Assembly (NCBI GenBank): GCA_964566385.1
Contig: CAZMJD010000004.1
Coordinates: 1 to 24,912 of the forward strand
DNA: 24,912 nt
DNA from: an uncultured Candidatus Poseidoniales archaeon
GTDB lineage: Archaea; Thermoplasmatota; Poseidoniia; Poseidoniales; CAYMED01
Direction: 5' to 3'
A model generated the notes under the pieces. It searched no databases and was not told the origin of the DNA. It saw nothing but the letters and a program-made list of their open reading frames with translations. The position numbers and the translations under genes are program-made. The number at the start of each line of letters is the position of its first letter. The stretch's first letter is position 1. This document shows positions 1 to 8,747 of this stretch, in pieces.

Positions 1-10
1 GGCCTGAGAA

Positions 11-859
11 ATGGACGAAACGACGCGGCGCAGGCGCCTGCGAGAAATCGCCAAGGAACAGGTGAAGAAGGAGAAGGAACAGAAGGAGCAGGCCCAGGAG
101 GAAGCTGAGGAATGGGTCGGACAATTCGTGAGGAGCGGTGACGAAAAAACGTCGTCCGACGTCATCATGGAACGCTTGCCAATTCAACTGCAAGAAGCAT
201 CCGAATCATCTCGAATACGTGATGTGGCTGCCATTCTGATCATCATTGGTTCAATCCTCGGCGTCATCAGCGGCGGCATGCTTGTCAGCGCCAATCCGGC
301 AGAGTTGGCCCAAGCCGCCTCCGTCGAGACCAATGATGTTCGAGTGAGCGGTACTGTCTTCAGCCTTGAAGGAACAGGAGTGGAGAATGCCACCGTGACC
401 ATACAGGACTTAGGGGATTCAACGATTCTCGCAACTACATCGACCTCACCTTCGGGACGATTCTCAGTGGAAGCGATACGAGCCGTCGAATTGCGCATCA
501 CAGTCGACGCAACGGAATTTGGTCGATCGACTCATCTCGTCGGTCCCGGCGAGGCACAGGAAATCTCGATCACACTACCCGAGATAGGGAATAGCACAGA
601 GATTGATGACCGCCATTCCTCGGGACTCGGCCAATCGGTCTTCATAGGATCCATGGTAGGACTCGCTTCGATCGTTTTCGCCCTGTTTGGATTCTGGGCA
701 TCATCAGAGGCACGAGCCGGTAAACACTACCGGCGCACCCTATGGCTGTGTGGTTTCGCCATGATGAGTCGGGGTTTCAGCTTCATCGGACCAACACTGA
801 TTCTCCTCGGCATGGTGCTCGTCGTTGTCGCTAAGAGACAATTTGTAGGTCAATTCTGA
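11..859 (+). CDS. Membrane protein with a carboxypeptidase-regulatory-like (beta-sandwich) extracytoplasmic domain
   Basis: 282-aa ORF: charged N-terminus, TM helix (AAILIIIGSILGVISGGMLV), a segment resembling CarboxypepD_reg (VSGTVFSLEGTGVENATVTI...TTSPSGRFSV), then 2-3 C-terminal TM helices. Confidence 0.65.
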   Translation: MDETTRRRRLREIAKEQVKKEKEQKEQAQEEAEEWVGQFVRSGDEKTSSDVIMERLPIQLQEASESSRIRDVAAILIIIGSILGVISGGMLVSANPAELAQAASVETNDVRVSGTVFSLEGTGVENATVTIQDLGDSTILATTSTSPSGRFSVEAIRAVELRITVDATEFGRSTHLVGPGEAQEISITLPEIGNSTEIDDRHSSGLGQSVFIGSMVGLASIVFALFGFWASSEARAGKHYRRTLWLCGFAMMSRGFSFIGPTLILLGMVLVVVAKRQFVGQF

Positions 860-925
860 CGCGCACATACTCTGAATCCAAAGTGTGCGCGACTTTGAAG
901 GGTGGAAACCCCGAGGGCGTGCAAG

Positions 926-2179
926 ATGTATCTGATCACTGTCGAGGGCCCTGATGGTTCGGGGAAGGGGGTAGCTTCCCGCATCGTATGTGACACCATC
1001 CGAATGGAGTTCACTGCCACTGGCTCATGGCTCACTGCAGAGCCTAGGAAACACACACCTCTTGGTAAGATGGCAATCGAAGCGGTGCGTGATGAAGGAG
1101 TCTCACCAATCGAACAAGCCACCCTGTTCGCAGCCGATCGGTTGCACCATAGTCACGTCGAGATCAGACCACGGCTTGAACGAGGGGAAGTGGTCGTCTC
1201 AGATAGAAATGTGATCTCATCCATCGTGTATCAGGGCCTGGTAGGAGACCTTGGACCTGAAATCGTGGCTCGTTTGAATTCAGGAGCACTACGGCCTGAC
1301 CTGACCATCTTTCTTGATGCACCCACCAACACCACTCGATCCAGAATGGCCAAGAGCACCCTGCGTTCATACATCGATGAAGGAGAATACTTTGAGAGAG
1401 GAGAGTGGCCAAAGAAAGTCAGAGAGGCCTATCTCGAATTAGGTTCCAAAGGACCACCGCCACCTTTCGATAGCGGAATCATCACAGAACCCATCATGAA
1501 CGATGGTAGTCTCGACGGACTGAAGAAGAACGTGATGAACGCAGTACGGACATTCCTTCACACCCGAAGACGACCCCTCAACGTGGATGAGAACCTCGTT
1601 GACATGCACCTGCTTCACGCGTTGGTGGAACGAAGGCGGGGCCAAAAGGCACTTCCAGGACTCAACAAGAAGGATATCTTCGGTTCATGGGCGGACGGAC
1701 TTGATGCTCGGGCCATGATCCTCGATGCAGATCTTGTCTGGAAAGAATACGCTACTGGAAAGAAGGGAGTTCCGCGCAGCATCCTGAATGCATCCGTAGG
1801 TTCTCTGTTAGGAACACTAGCCGTTCTAGGTCCATCCGATATGACTGCACTGCGACGCAATCTGGGTCCGGTACGCTTCCTGACCATACGGCACCTACAA
1901 CGCCTCATTCGAACCTTGATGGAAATGGAATGGGTGACCAAACGTTCCGTCTTGAGGTCTCAGCGCGATCTCGGCATCGTTGAGATTCACCCCTCCAAGA
2001 AGGAACTCGGCTTTCTACTCCTCGGACTTCTGCCCCTCCTCAATTCGATGGGGAGAAAGAGAACTGCTCAACTGGAGAATCTTACATGGACGAATTATCT
2101 TACCCAGGCCTTTGGAAAAGATGAGATCGAAATCGTCGAGGAAAGGATGCAGATTCTCGGCGGAACACTCAACCTATGA
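926..2179 (+). CDS. tmk: Thymidylate (dTMP) kinase with ~200-aa C-terminal extension
   Basis: P-loop ITVEGPDGSGK, TAEP motif, LFAADR and DRNVISSIVYQG are typical of dTMP kinase. ATG at 926 (MYLITVEG) preferred over the GTG at 902. Confidence 0.85.
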   Translation: MYLITVEGPDGSGKGVASRIVCDTIRMEFTATGSWLTAEPRKHTPLGKMAIEAVRDEGVSPIEQATLFAADRLHHSHVEIRPRLERGEVVVSDRNVISSIVYQGLVGDLGPEIVARLNSGALRPDLTIFLDAPTNTTRSRMAKSTLRSYIDEGEYFERGEWPKKVREAYLELGSKGPPPPFDSGIITEPIMNDGSLDGLKKNVMNAVRTFLHTRRRPLNVDENLVDMHLLHALVERRRGQKALPGLNKKDIFGSWADGLDARAMILDADLVWKEYATGKKGVPRSILNASVGSLLGTLAVLGPSDMTALRRNLGPVRFLTIRHLQRLIRTLMEMEWVTKRSVLRSQRDLGIVEIHPSKKELGFLLLGLLPLLNSMGRKRTAQLENLTWTNYLTQAFGKDEIEIVEERMQILGGTLNL

Positions 2180-2183
2180 GAAT

Positions 2184-2939
2184 TCATTCCTCCTGATGTC
2201 CAGATAATGGTCTGCGAAAACTCAGCCCCGCGGGCAGGTCGACCATTGACGGATCATGACCATGTTCCGATGGTCGAGCACTCATCCCTGCAAGGAAATA
2301 AAGGCTGATTCCACCACCAAAGAAAGCACCTGTGAGTAGTCGAAGTGAGTTGGTTGACTCGTAAGATGTGAGCATCTGGATGCCCCCATCAAAACCTATC
2401 GGAAGTATAGCAAGAGCTGCCAGCCCAAGGCAGGCCTTGGTCCTCATATTCGTACGGTAGATCGGCTCCAGCCATCGGTCTGGGAAAACAGATAATGCAG
2501 TATCACGCACAAGCCAACGATTCCGACCGCGGAACGTGAAGATCACACTCATCAGCAGGGCGCCTGCAAGGATTCCAATATCACGTACACACACAGGCAT
2601 CTGATTGCCTCTGATCTCCCAACTTCGTTCCGCCTTCTGATGGCAATTGATATCGCCGAGAAGATAGATGAAGGCAGCATATGGACCAAGATCGGTAGAA
2701 ACGAAGGTCCCATGATCGAGTTGATTGTGGCCGAACGAACCATCTCCATGATTCTGATTACCCCAGCCCCATCGCCCTTCACTCGCTGCGTAATCGATGG
2801 CATTGGCTCGCCCCGATAATGGAGGGACGCTGTCACTCGGCAGGCCTAACGGGACAAGGAACATCGAAGCAAGCAGCACAGCTAGTACACGAGAGGTCCA
2901 GATCCCAACGCGCCGAGGACGTGGCAACTGTTCAGGCAT
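2184..2939 (-). CDS. DUF2085-family membrane protein
   Basis: Motif CHQKAERS...QMPVCVRDIGI and later IGFDGGIQMLTSYESTNSLRLLTG match the DUF2085 pattern. ATG at 2939 preferred; the ORF track starts at TTG 2966. Confidence 0.8.
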   Translation of the reverse strand: MPEQLPRPRRVGIWTSRVLAVLLASMFLVPLGLPSDSVPPLSGRANAIDYAASEGRWGWGNQNHGDGSFGHNQLDHGTFVSTDLGPYAAFIYLLGDINCHQKAERSWEIRGNQMPVCVRDIGILAGALLMSVIFTFRGRNRWLVRDTALSVFPDRWLEPIYRTNMRTKACLGLAALAILPIGFDGGIQMLTSYESTNSLRLLTGAFFGGGISLYFLAGMSARPSEHGHDPSMVDLPAGLSFRRPLSGHQEE

Positions 2940-3062
2940 GAGGAGAGCGAGCAATGCATATGACAAAAAGGGTTCATCCGAGGGATTTTATACACCTCCG
3001 CCCCGTCATAATCGCAAGTCAAGGCTTGAATGAATTTAGTCAGGACTAATTGAGTGGATGGC

Positions 3063-3479
3063 ATGATACAGAAAATTATTGACAAGATGAATGAAGCATT
3101 GGGTTATGAGTTGAGAGCAATCAACTTGTATGCACACTATGCTGCTAACGTGAAAGGGATTCACAGAATACACTTGAGTCAACTCTTCAACACGGAGATT
3201 ACAGAATCACTGGAACATTCGAACATCGTTCGGGCTGCCATCGTCAAATTAGGAGGAATATGCGTCACTGAGAGAAATGCCGAAGAAATACTCCACACGG
3301 AGAAATACACCACAATGATCGAGCAGGCATTGAAGACCGAGATGAAGGCGAGTGTAATCTATTCCGAACTTCTTGAGATGGTCGAAGAACTCGACGATAG
3401 AGAATTGTACGACTCACTTGAGTCCATCTACTTCACCGAACTGCGAAGTGTCGAAGAGATGAGGATGCTCCTTGATTGA
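3063..3479 (+). CDS. Ferritin-like / bacterioferritin-like four-helix-bundle protein
   Basis: LNEALGYELRAINLY...ESLEHS...IVKLGG...ALKTEMKA pattern of bacterioferritin-like proteins. ATG at 3063 (GTG at 3054 possible). Confidence 0.75.
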   Translation: MIQKIIDKMNEALGYELRAINLYAHYAANVKGIHRIHLSQLFNTEITESLEHSNIVRAAIVKLGGICVTERNAEEILHTEKYTTMIEQALKTEMKASVIYSELLEMVEELDDRELYDSLESIYFTELRSVEEMRMLLD

Positions 3480-3506
3480 GAAGCCATACCAATGAAACTG
3501 AGCGAA

Positions 3507-4862
3507 TCATTCCGATTCATTACCTTCCATCAATCGTTGCTCGGTTCCCCAAGACGTTGAAAATCTGAAGGTCATCCATCCTATCAAGGCTAAGATACCA
3601 CTGATTCTGAAGACTGTGTGAAAGTCGAACACATCGGCCCGGTTAGACGTCAGATACCAGACCCATCCCCCCATGATCACTCCAAAGAATGCAGCAATCG
3701 CTCGGAGGCTCTCACTGACTCCCATCACAATACCCCGCTCGCCTGGTTCAGAAACGTGGGTCAGAAGCGTCATATTGCTAGGCTGAACCAGCCCGTTTCC
3801 TATTGCGATCAATCCCGTGACAAACAAAATACCAAGCATCGCATTTTGAGGCGAGACATAGGGTATCAAAGCCAGACCGAAACCACTGATCAGCAGGCCC
3901 CATGACATCAGCCTGCTTGAGCTGAAGCGGTCGGTCAGAGGTCCAATCAGCCAACCTTGAGTGATGATACCACATAATCCAATGAAAGCGAAGACCCAAC
4001 CATTGTCACTTTCACTGAAACCAAGACCACCAACAGAAAGTGACCTCATTGTGAAAAGGATGAACGTAGCATGCATGATGGTAAAGGCGGTCCAATAGAA
4101 CGCGAAGGACCAGAGCAATGGCGAGATATCAGGGCGCTTGAACATCAGACCCATATCTTTGAAATTATTATTCAGAATCTCAAAGGTTGAGCGCTTTTGT
4201 GTTGTTTTTCGCACCTCTTGGGGAAGGCTCTCTCCCAACCTCGTTGTAGCGAACATCAATCCCGTGAAAGATAACACGCTAGATGCCAGACATGGTAGCA
4301 GATACGGATACGTTTCAAAGATCGTACCAACGAAGGCATCGGTCCAACCCCACGTCGCGGGAGCCGATAACATGCCACCAAGTGCAGGTCCTATCGAGAT
4401 ACCGAATCCAAAGGCGACTCCGAGCATACCCTGTCTACGAGCAACCTCATGCGGCTCTGAGATGTCACCGATGTAGGCTCTAGCGACTGAAAGGTTGGCA
4501 TTGACCATGCCAGCGAACAATCTGGCCCCCAAGGCCATCCAGAGCGAGAATGACAAACCTAGTGCAATGAAAGCCAATGTGTTGCCAAGAAGTCCTATCA
4601 TCAACACAGGACGGCGGCCTATTCGATCGGAAAGTGCTCCCCAAAATGGTGAGAACAGGAACATAGCTGCTGCATAGGCAGCCATCAAGGCAGCAACCCA
4701 GCGACCAATGTCAGCACCCGGCTCTGACAGATCTGCGACCATATAGGTCAGAAATGGGATGATGATGCCCAAACCTATCATGTCGATAGCGACGACTAGA
4801 AAGATGATTGCCATCGCTGAATTGTTCTTAGACACCTTCACGCCTCCTGATGTCGGCCTCAC
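3507..4862 (-). CDS. MFS transporter, TetA/DHA1-like drug:H+ antiporter family
   Basis: MFS motif A (GALSDRIGRRPVL), motif C (GISIGPALGG) and about 12 hydrophobic helices. Exact start uncertain; a GTG follows GGAGG slightly downstream. Confidence 0.88.
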   Translation of the reverse strand: MRPTSGGVKVSKNNSAMAIIFLVVAIDMIGLGIIIPFLTYMVADLSEPGADIGRWVAALMAAYAAAMFLFSPFWGALSDRIGRRPVLMIGLLGNTLAFIALGLSFSLWMALGARLFAGMVNANLSVARAYIGDISEPHEVARRQGMLGVAFGFGISIGPALGGMLSAPATWGWTDAFVGTIFETYPYLLPCLASSVLSFTGLMFATTRLGESLPQEVRKTTQKRSTFEILNNNFKDMGLMFKRPDISPLLWSFAFYWTAFTIMHATFILFTMRSLSVGGLGFSESDNGWVFAFIGLCGIITQGWLIGPLTDRFSSSRLMSWGLLISGFGLALIPYVSPQNAMLGILFVTGLIAIGNGLVQPSNMTLLTHVSEPGERGIVMGVSESLRAIAAFFGVIMGGWVWYLTSNRADVFDFHTVFRISGILALIGWMTFRFSTSWGTEQRLMEGNESE

Positions 4863-4902
4863 TGGACGCCCATTTCCTTTCCGCCAATGACGAATTGAAT
4901 GA

Positions 4903-5301
4903 TCAGTCTCCGGGCACCACGCGTCTCAGGCGCTGCTCACCCACGACTTCGATGAATGAGATACCCGCTCCGAAGAGACGGCGCTTCAGCCCAATGTCGA
5001 CAGTAAGGACATCGGCGTCAAGGTGCTCAGCTACAAGAACGAGCTGATCGTCTGTATGTCCAACATCTGTGAGCAATATCTCCAGATCGATATCGCAGGA
5101 TGAGGAGCGCTCATCCAGCAGGTCAAGCATCAAGCCACGTCGTTGAGACGAAAGGCGTTCTAATTCTTGACGAACTGCGGGAAGGACGATCAGCTCAGCA
5201 GGACCAACCACTTCAGCCATGGCGTGTTCAAGATGCACGCCTCCGTCGATAAGGGCAACCCAGCCACAGGCATCAACAAGGACTGAACGGGCCATGATCA
5301 T
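4903..5301 (-). CDS. PIN-domain protein (Fcf1/Utp24-like)
   Basis: N-terminal VLVDAC and C-terminal TDDQLV...VLTVDIGLKRRL. Overlaps the eif2g stop (ATGA), the usual archaeal eif2g-PIN context. Confidence 0.8.
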   Translation of the reverse strand: MIMARSVLVDACGWVALIDGGVHLEHAMAEVVGPAELIVLPAVRQELERLSSQRRGLMLDLLDERSSSCDIDLEILLTDVGHTDDQLVLVAEHLDADVLTVDIGLKRRLFGAGISFIEVVGEQRLRRVVPGD

Positions 5302-6542
5302 CCTTCAATGATGCCATAGCCAATCAGTCGCCATCTTGATCCGACACGCCGGGAAAGAGCCACTCTAGCCCCTTCCCTAGCACAGATAGGCAGACGAAGT
5401 GCTAGAGTGGTATACCCCCCCTTCGCCACTTTGACAGATCCTACCGATGTCGTGGTCGCTACATTGACCATCAACGTCTCATTCGTCTGAAGAGGAGCCA
5501 CTTTAGCCGAATCTCCACCCTCTGGGTCGATCATGGTCTTGAGGAGTTCGAGTTTCAACCGGATTGTGTCATGGATAGGAGGAAGATGTCCTTCGATGGC
5601 TACAACTTGCCCAGATAAGGCATCACCCTTCGTAGTAAGTGGATCCAAGGGAGTTGACAGACCACACAGGCCACCGGCACGCATCATATCAAGATCACAA
5701 CCACCACCCTTCACCCCAGTGACAACTGTGCTGATGGATTCCCAAGTGCCATTCGGACGACGGCGCCCCGGACCGATCTCGATGGTTTGACCAACGCTGA
5801 AACTGCCTTCAACGATGCTTCCACCAATGACTCCACCCTTGAGATTCTGATGGCCTGTGCCCGGGCGATTGACATCGAAAGAGCGGGCCACATGCAACAC
5901 ACCAGGGACATCTGTGTCTCTTTCAGGAGTGAGGATATGCTCCTGTATCGCCTCGATGAGGATATCGAGGTTGACATCATGCTGGGCGCTGATAGGTATC
6001 ACAGGAGCATTTTCTGCAATCGTTCCCTCAAGGAATGTCTTGATCTCACCATATGAAGCCATGGCTCTCTCCTTACCCACAACGTCGACCTTGTTCTGTA
6101 CCACAACGATGTTGTCTATTCCTGCAATCTCAAGTGCCATGAGATGTTCCCTTGTCTGTGGTTGAGGACAGGGTTCATTGGCAGCAATGAGAAGTATTGC
6201 ACCGTCCATGATTGAGGTACCAGTAATCATGATCGCCATCAATGTCTCATGACCAGGTGAATCAACGAACGATACCACGCGCTGCAAAGTGGCATCTGGG
6301 GCCTTCTCAAGAACCATATCGGGGTCACCAGCAAGATACAACCCATCTCCATCCTTCCAGAAGGCACTGTCAGCATATCCAAGTTTGATTGAGATGCCGC
6401 GCTTACGCTCCTCCGAATGTGTATCAGTCCAATGGCCACTCAAGGCCTTGGTAAGTGTGGTCTTTCCATGGTCAACATGGCCAACTAAGCCAATGTTGAC
6501 CTCGGGCTGGCTGGGCATTACGTGCTGCGTCAGTTCATCCAC
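5298..6542 (-). CDS. eif2g: Translation initiation factor 2 gamma subunit (aIF2-gamma)
   Basis: QPEVNIGLVGHVDHGKTTL, HSEERKRGISIKLGYAD, DSPGHETLMA, QNKVD and C-terminal RWRLIGYG. Confidence 0.97.
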   Translation of the reverse strand: MDELTQHVMPSQPEVNIGLVGHVDHGKTTLTKALSGHWTDTHSEERKRGISIKLGYADSAFWKDGDGLYLAGDPDMVLEKAPDATLQRVVSFVDSPGHETLMAIMITGTSIMDGAILLIAANEPCPQPQTREHLMALEIAGIDNIVVVQNKVDVVGKERAMASYGEIKTFLEGTIAENAPVIPISAQHDVNLDILIEAIQEHILTPERDTDVPGVLHVARSFDVNRPGTGHQNLKGGVIGGSIVEGSFSVGQTIEIGPGRRRPNGTWESISTVVTGVKGGGCDLDMMRAGGLCGLSTPLDPLTTKGDALSGQVVAIEGHLPPIHDTIRLKLELLKTMIDPEGGDSAKVAPLQTNETLMVNVATTTSVGSVKVAKGGYTTLALRLPICAREGARVALSRRVGSRWRLIGYGIIEG

Positions 6543-6551
6543 TCCTGCCGA

Positions 6552-7154
6552 TCAGTCCTCTCCTTCGGAGGACGTATCGGCATCGGATTCGGAACTCTGC
6601 CCATTGGCGAAGAGGGACGAAAGGGGTTTATTCCCATGCTCGACCACCTTCAGGTTCACCTGCACGATGTCCGCCGTGATGGTGTTTCCTCGGAACACCC
6701 TCCGTTGTCTCATGCCATGGGGTGTGGACACCCTGACGAGTTGATTGCCATGTTTGGAGCGTCGATTGGTCTTATTCTTGAATCGACGACGCTTCTTCCC
6801 CTTGTAGCCGACTGTTGGAGTTGTCAGCACTGATTTTCTCGACCCTCCGTCAAGATCCGGTCTCATCGGTGTCCCGGTTTTATCAGAACCACCTGTGATC
6901 ATCAATGTGTACCCTGCGAGGTTATCATCACCACCTTTGATGCTGACGAACAGACCGTCAACGGTGTCACCGATGCGCTTGCCAAGAAACTGACCATAGC
7001 CGTTACCCTTGATCTCGACAGGATAGGAACGGGAGAATGTACGCTCCTTGCGAGGGCGACCTCCTCGGGTCGTGGCGGAATTATTGGGATACGGTTCACG
7101 GGACTCAGGGTCATTCACGACGCCTTTGAAGACTTCATCATCCCGCGTTGCCAC
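6552..7154 (-). CDS. rps6e: 30S ribosomal protein S6e
   Basis: VVNDP, GKRIGDTVDG, ITGGSDKTGTPMRPD and RGNTIT...QVNLKVV motifs; conserved rps6e-eif2g order. GTG start. Confidence 0.93.
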   Translation of the reverse strand: MATRDDEVFKGVVNDPESREPYPNNSATTRGGRPRKERTFSRSYPVEIKGNGYGQFLGKRIGDTVDGLFVSIKGGDDNLAGYTLMITGGSDKTGTPMRPDLDGGSRKSVLTTPTVGYKGKKRRRFKNKTNRRSKHGNQLVRVSTPHGMRQRRVFRGNTITADIVQVNLKVVEHGNKPLSSLFANGQSSESDADTSSEGED

Positions 7155-7293
7155 TAGATACCCTCTGCGCCCTTGCGACCTGTGACCTCCTCAAAAGCGC
7201 TTCGGGGTGCCATCACCTAGAACATTGACGCTCAAGGTTTTGAACGACAACACTTGGAATCAACGTCGGCATCGAGAAGTGCGGGGGCCGCCC

Positions 7294-8391
7294 TCAACAT
7301 TTGCCCGTGGTTCCGTGACGGCTCGCGATAGCACATATCTCCCGCAGATGATTGAGATGTTTCCAGACGGTGGTATGTCCACACGGCTCTACCTCGAATT
7401 CCTCACAGACGATGTGATACAGATTCTCGACCTCACCTGTGGATATCTCAGGCTCCCGCTTCAGACGTCGAGAGATAGCGAGCAGGATGAGGCGGCAATG
7501 TTGTGATAATTCATCGATAACTGCTGGATCGAATGCCGATGAAGACCTTGATTTTACAGCATAAGACTGCACATCCGATGATCGGATCTCTCGTCGGCCT
7601 TTATTCTCCGCTTCCTTCGCAGCATCACTGAGCAGCTCGATGGCAACTCTAGCATCCCCTGAGTCACCAGCAGCCTCGGCGATGAGGCGAAGTAATCCCT
7701 GATCGAAAGAAGCCGGAGAAAGTGCCAGATGGGCCCGTTGCTCGACGATCGCTTCGAGTTCATCCACGGTATAGGAGGATAGGGAGAGTGCATTGCTGCG
7801 ACCCAGTCGAGAGATGATTGATGGTTCCAGACGCTCAATAATGGGTTCCACACTGATCATGATCAGCGATATCGAACCGGTCGCCTCGTGTTCCTCATCG
7901 ATTCGCAACAACTGATAGATCAAATCTGCACCATCACGAATAATCAGATGATCGACCTCATCGAGAATAATCAGCAGATGAAGCCCCGCACTAAGCAGTT
8001 GACGCCGTAGCGACTGTAAGATTTCACCACTGCCGAACCCACGCTCAGGATGCCGGGCATCGATTGAAGTGATGATCCGCTGGAGGACTTGAGGCATCGT
8101 CGGATGGGACCGACAATTGACTCGGGCGACCTTCAGTGGGCGCGTGGGTGCAAGATGGCGCTCCAGGTCTCTACCGAATGTACGGGCAGTGACCGTCTTA
8201 CCCGAGCCCACTGGGCCTGTGAGCAAAGCCTGACGGCTGACGCCGGGACGATCGATGCCACTGAACAGTGTCGCTAGACGACCCAATTCCGTGTCCCGAC
8301 CCTTGAGTTCATTCGGCATGAACTCATACTCAAGAGGTGTTGGATCACTGATAACCAAGCCCGCACCAATTCTGTCAAGATAAGAAGCCAT
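7294..8391 (-). CDS. cdc6: Cdc6/Orc1 replication initiator. An in-frame TGA at 7294-7296 precedes a conserved-looking continuation that ends at 7213.
   Basis: EFMPNELKGRDTE, Walker A GPVGSGKT, VNC motif, Walker B ILDEVD, SGDARVAI and a C-terminal winged helix. ATG at 8391 follows GGAG; ATG at 8406 is also possible. Confidence 0.92.
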   Translation of the reverse strand: MASYLDRIGAGLVISDPTPLEYEFMPNELKGRDTELGRLATLFSGIDRPGVSRQALLTGPVGSGKTVTARTFGRDLERHLAPTRPLKVARVNCRSHPTMPQVLQRIITSIDARHPERGFGSGEILQSLRRQLLSAGLHLLIILDEVDHLIIRDGADLIYQLLRIDEEHEATGSISLIMISVEPIIERLEPSIISRLGRSNALSLSSYTVDELEAIVEQRAHLALSPASFDQGLLRLIAEAAGDSGDARVAIELLSDAAKEAENKGRREIRSSDVQSYAVKSRSSSAFDPAVIDELSQHCRLILLAISRRLKREPEISTGEVENLYHIVCEEFEVEPCGHTTVWKHLNHLREICAIASRHGTTGKC

Positions 8392-8444
8392 ACATATCTC
8401 CATCATTCACTCGTCGTTCTTGAAGTTCTCGTTACTGGTGATTA

Positions 8445-8747
8445 TCAGGGTAAGGTGAAGAGACGATCATCACCATGACCGTCGGCTAGGCCAAGACGCA
8501 CAGATGCATCCAACCAAGCATGGGCATAACTTGCAGCAGCATGAGCCCGTATCAGATCGCCTGACTCCAAGAACGTCATGGCATCGGACACATAATCATC
8601 ACACATGCGGAGCATGTCCTCAAGAGCACGACCTAGATGGGAAGGAGAGACTGATAGGGGCGTGAGAAGACGACGCGCCTCCTTCGTGAGCTCTATCGAG
8701 GCGAGAGCCCGCTCGGGCGTCATCGTCACAAGATCTGGGGAACTCAT
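8445..8747 (-). CDS. DUF357-family archaeal protein
   Basis: 100 aa with MCDDYVSDAMTFLESGDLIRAHAAASYAHAWLDASVRLGL, the DUF357 signature pattern. Confidence 0.85.
   Translation of the reverse strand: MSSPDLVTMTPERALASIELTKEARRLLTPLSVSPSHLGRALEDMLRMCDDYVSDAMTFLESGDLIRAHAAASYAHAWLDASVRLGLADGHGDDRLFTLP

Noticed and set aside
2986-2992. TTTTATA as a TATA box for the ferritin-like or DUF2085 gene
   Set aside because: Plausible, but no clear BRE and the target gene and spacing are ambiguous, so it was not called.
7294-7296. TGA in cdc6 as selenocysteine or a genome-wide recoded codon
   Set aside because: Many genes here end in TGA at expected positions, the site corresponds to a basic wing residue rather than a catalytic Cys, and Sec is not known in this lineage.
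7207-7506. 99-aa plus-strand ORF opposite the cdc6 3' end
   Set aside because: Antisense shadow with no recognisable motif; the minus frame explains the sequence.
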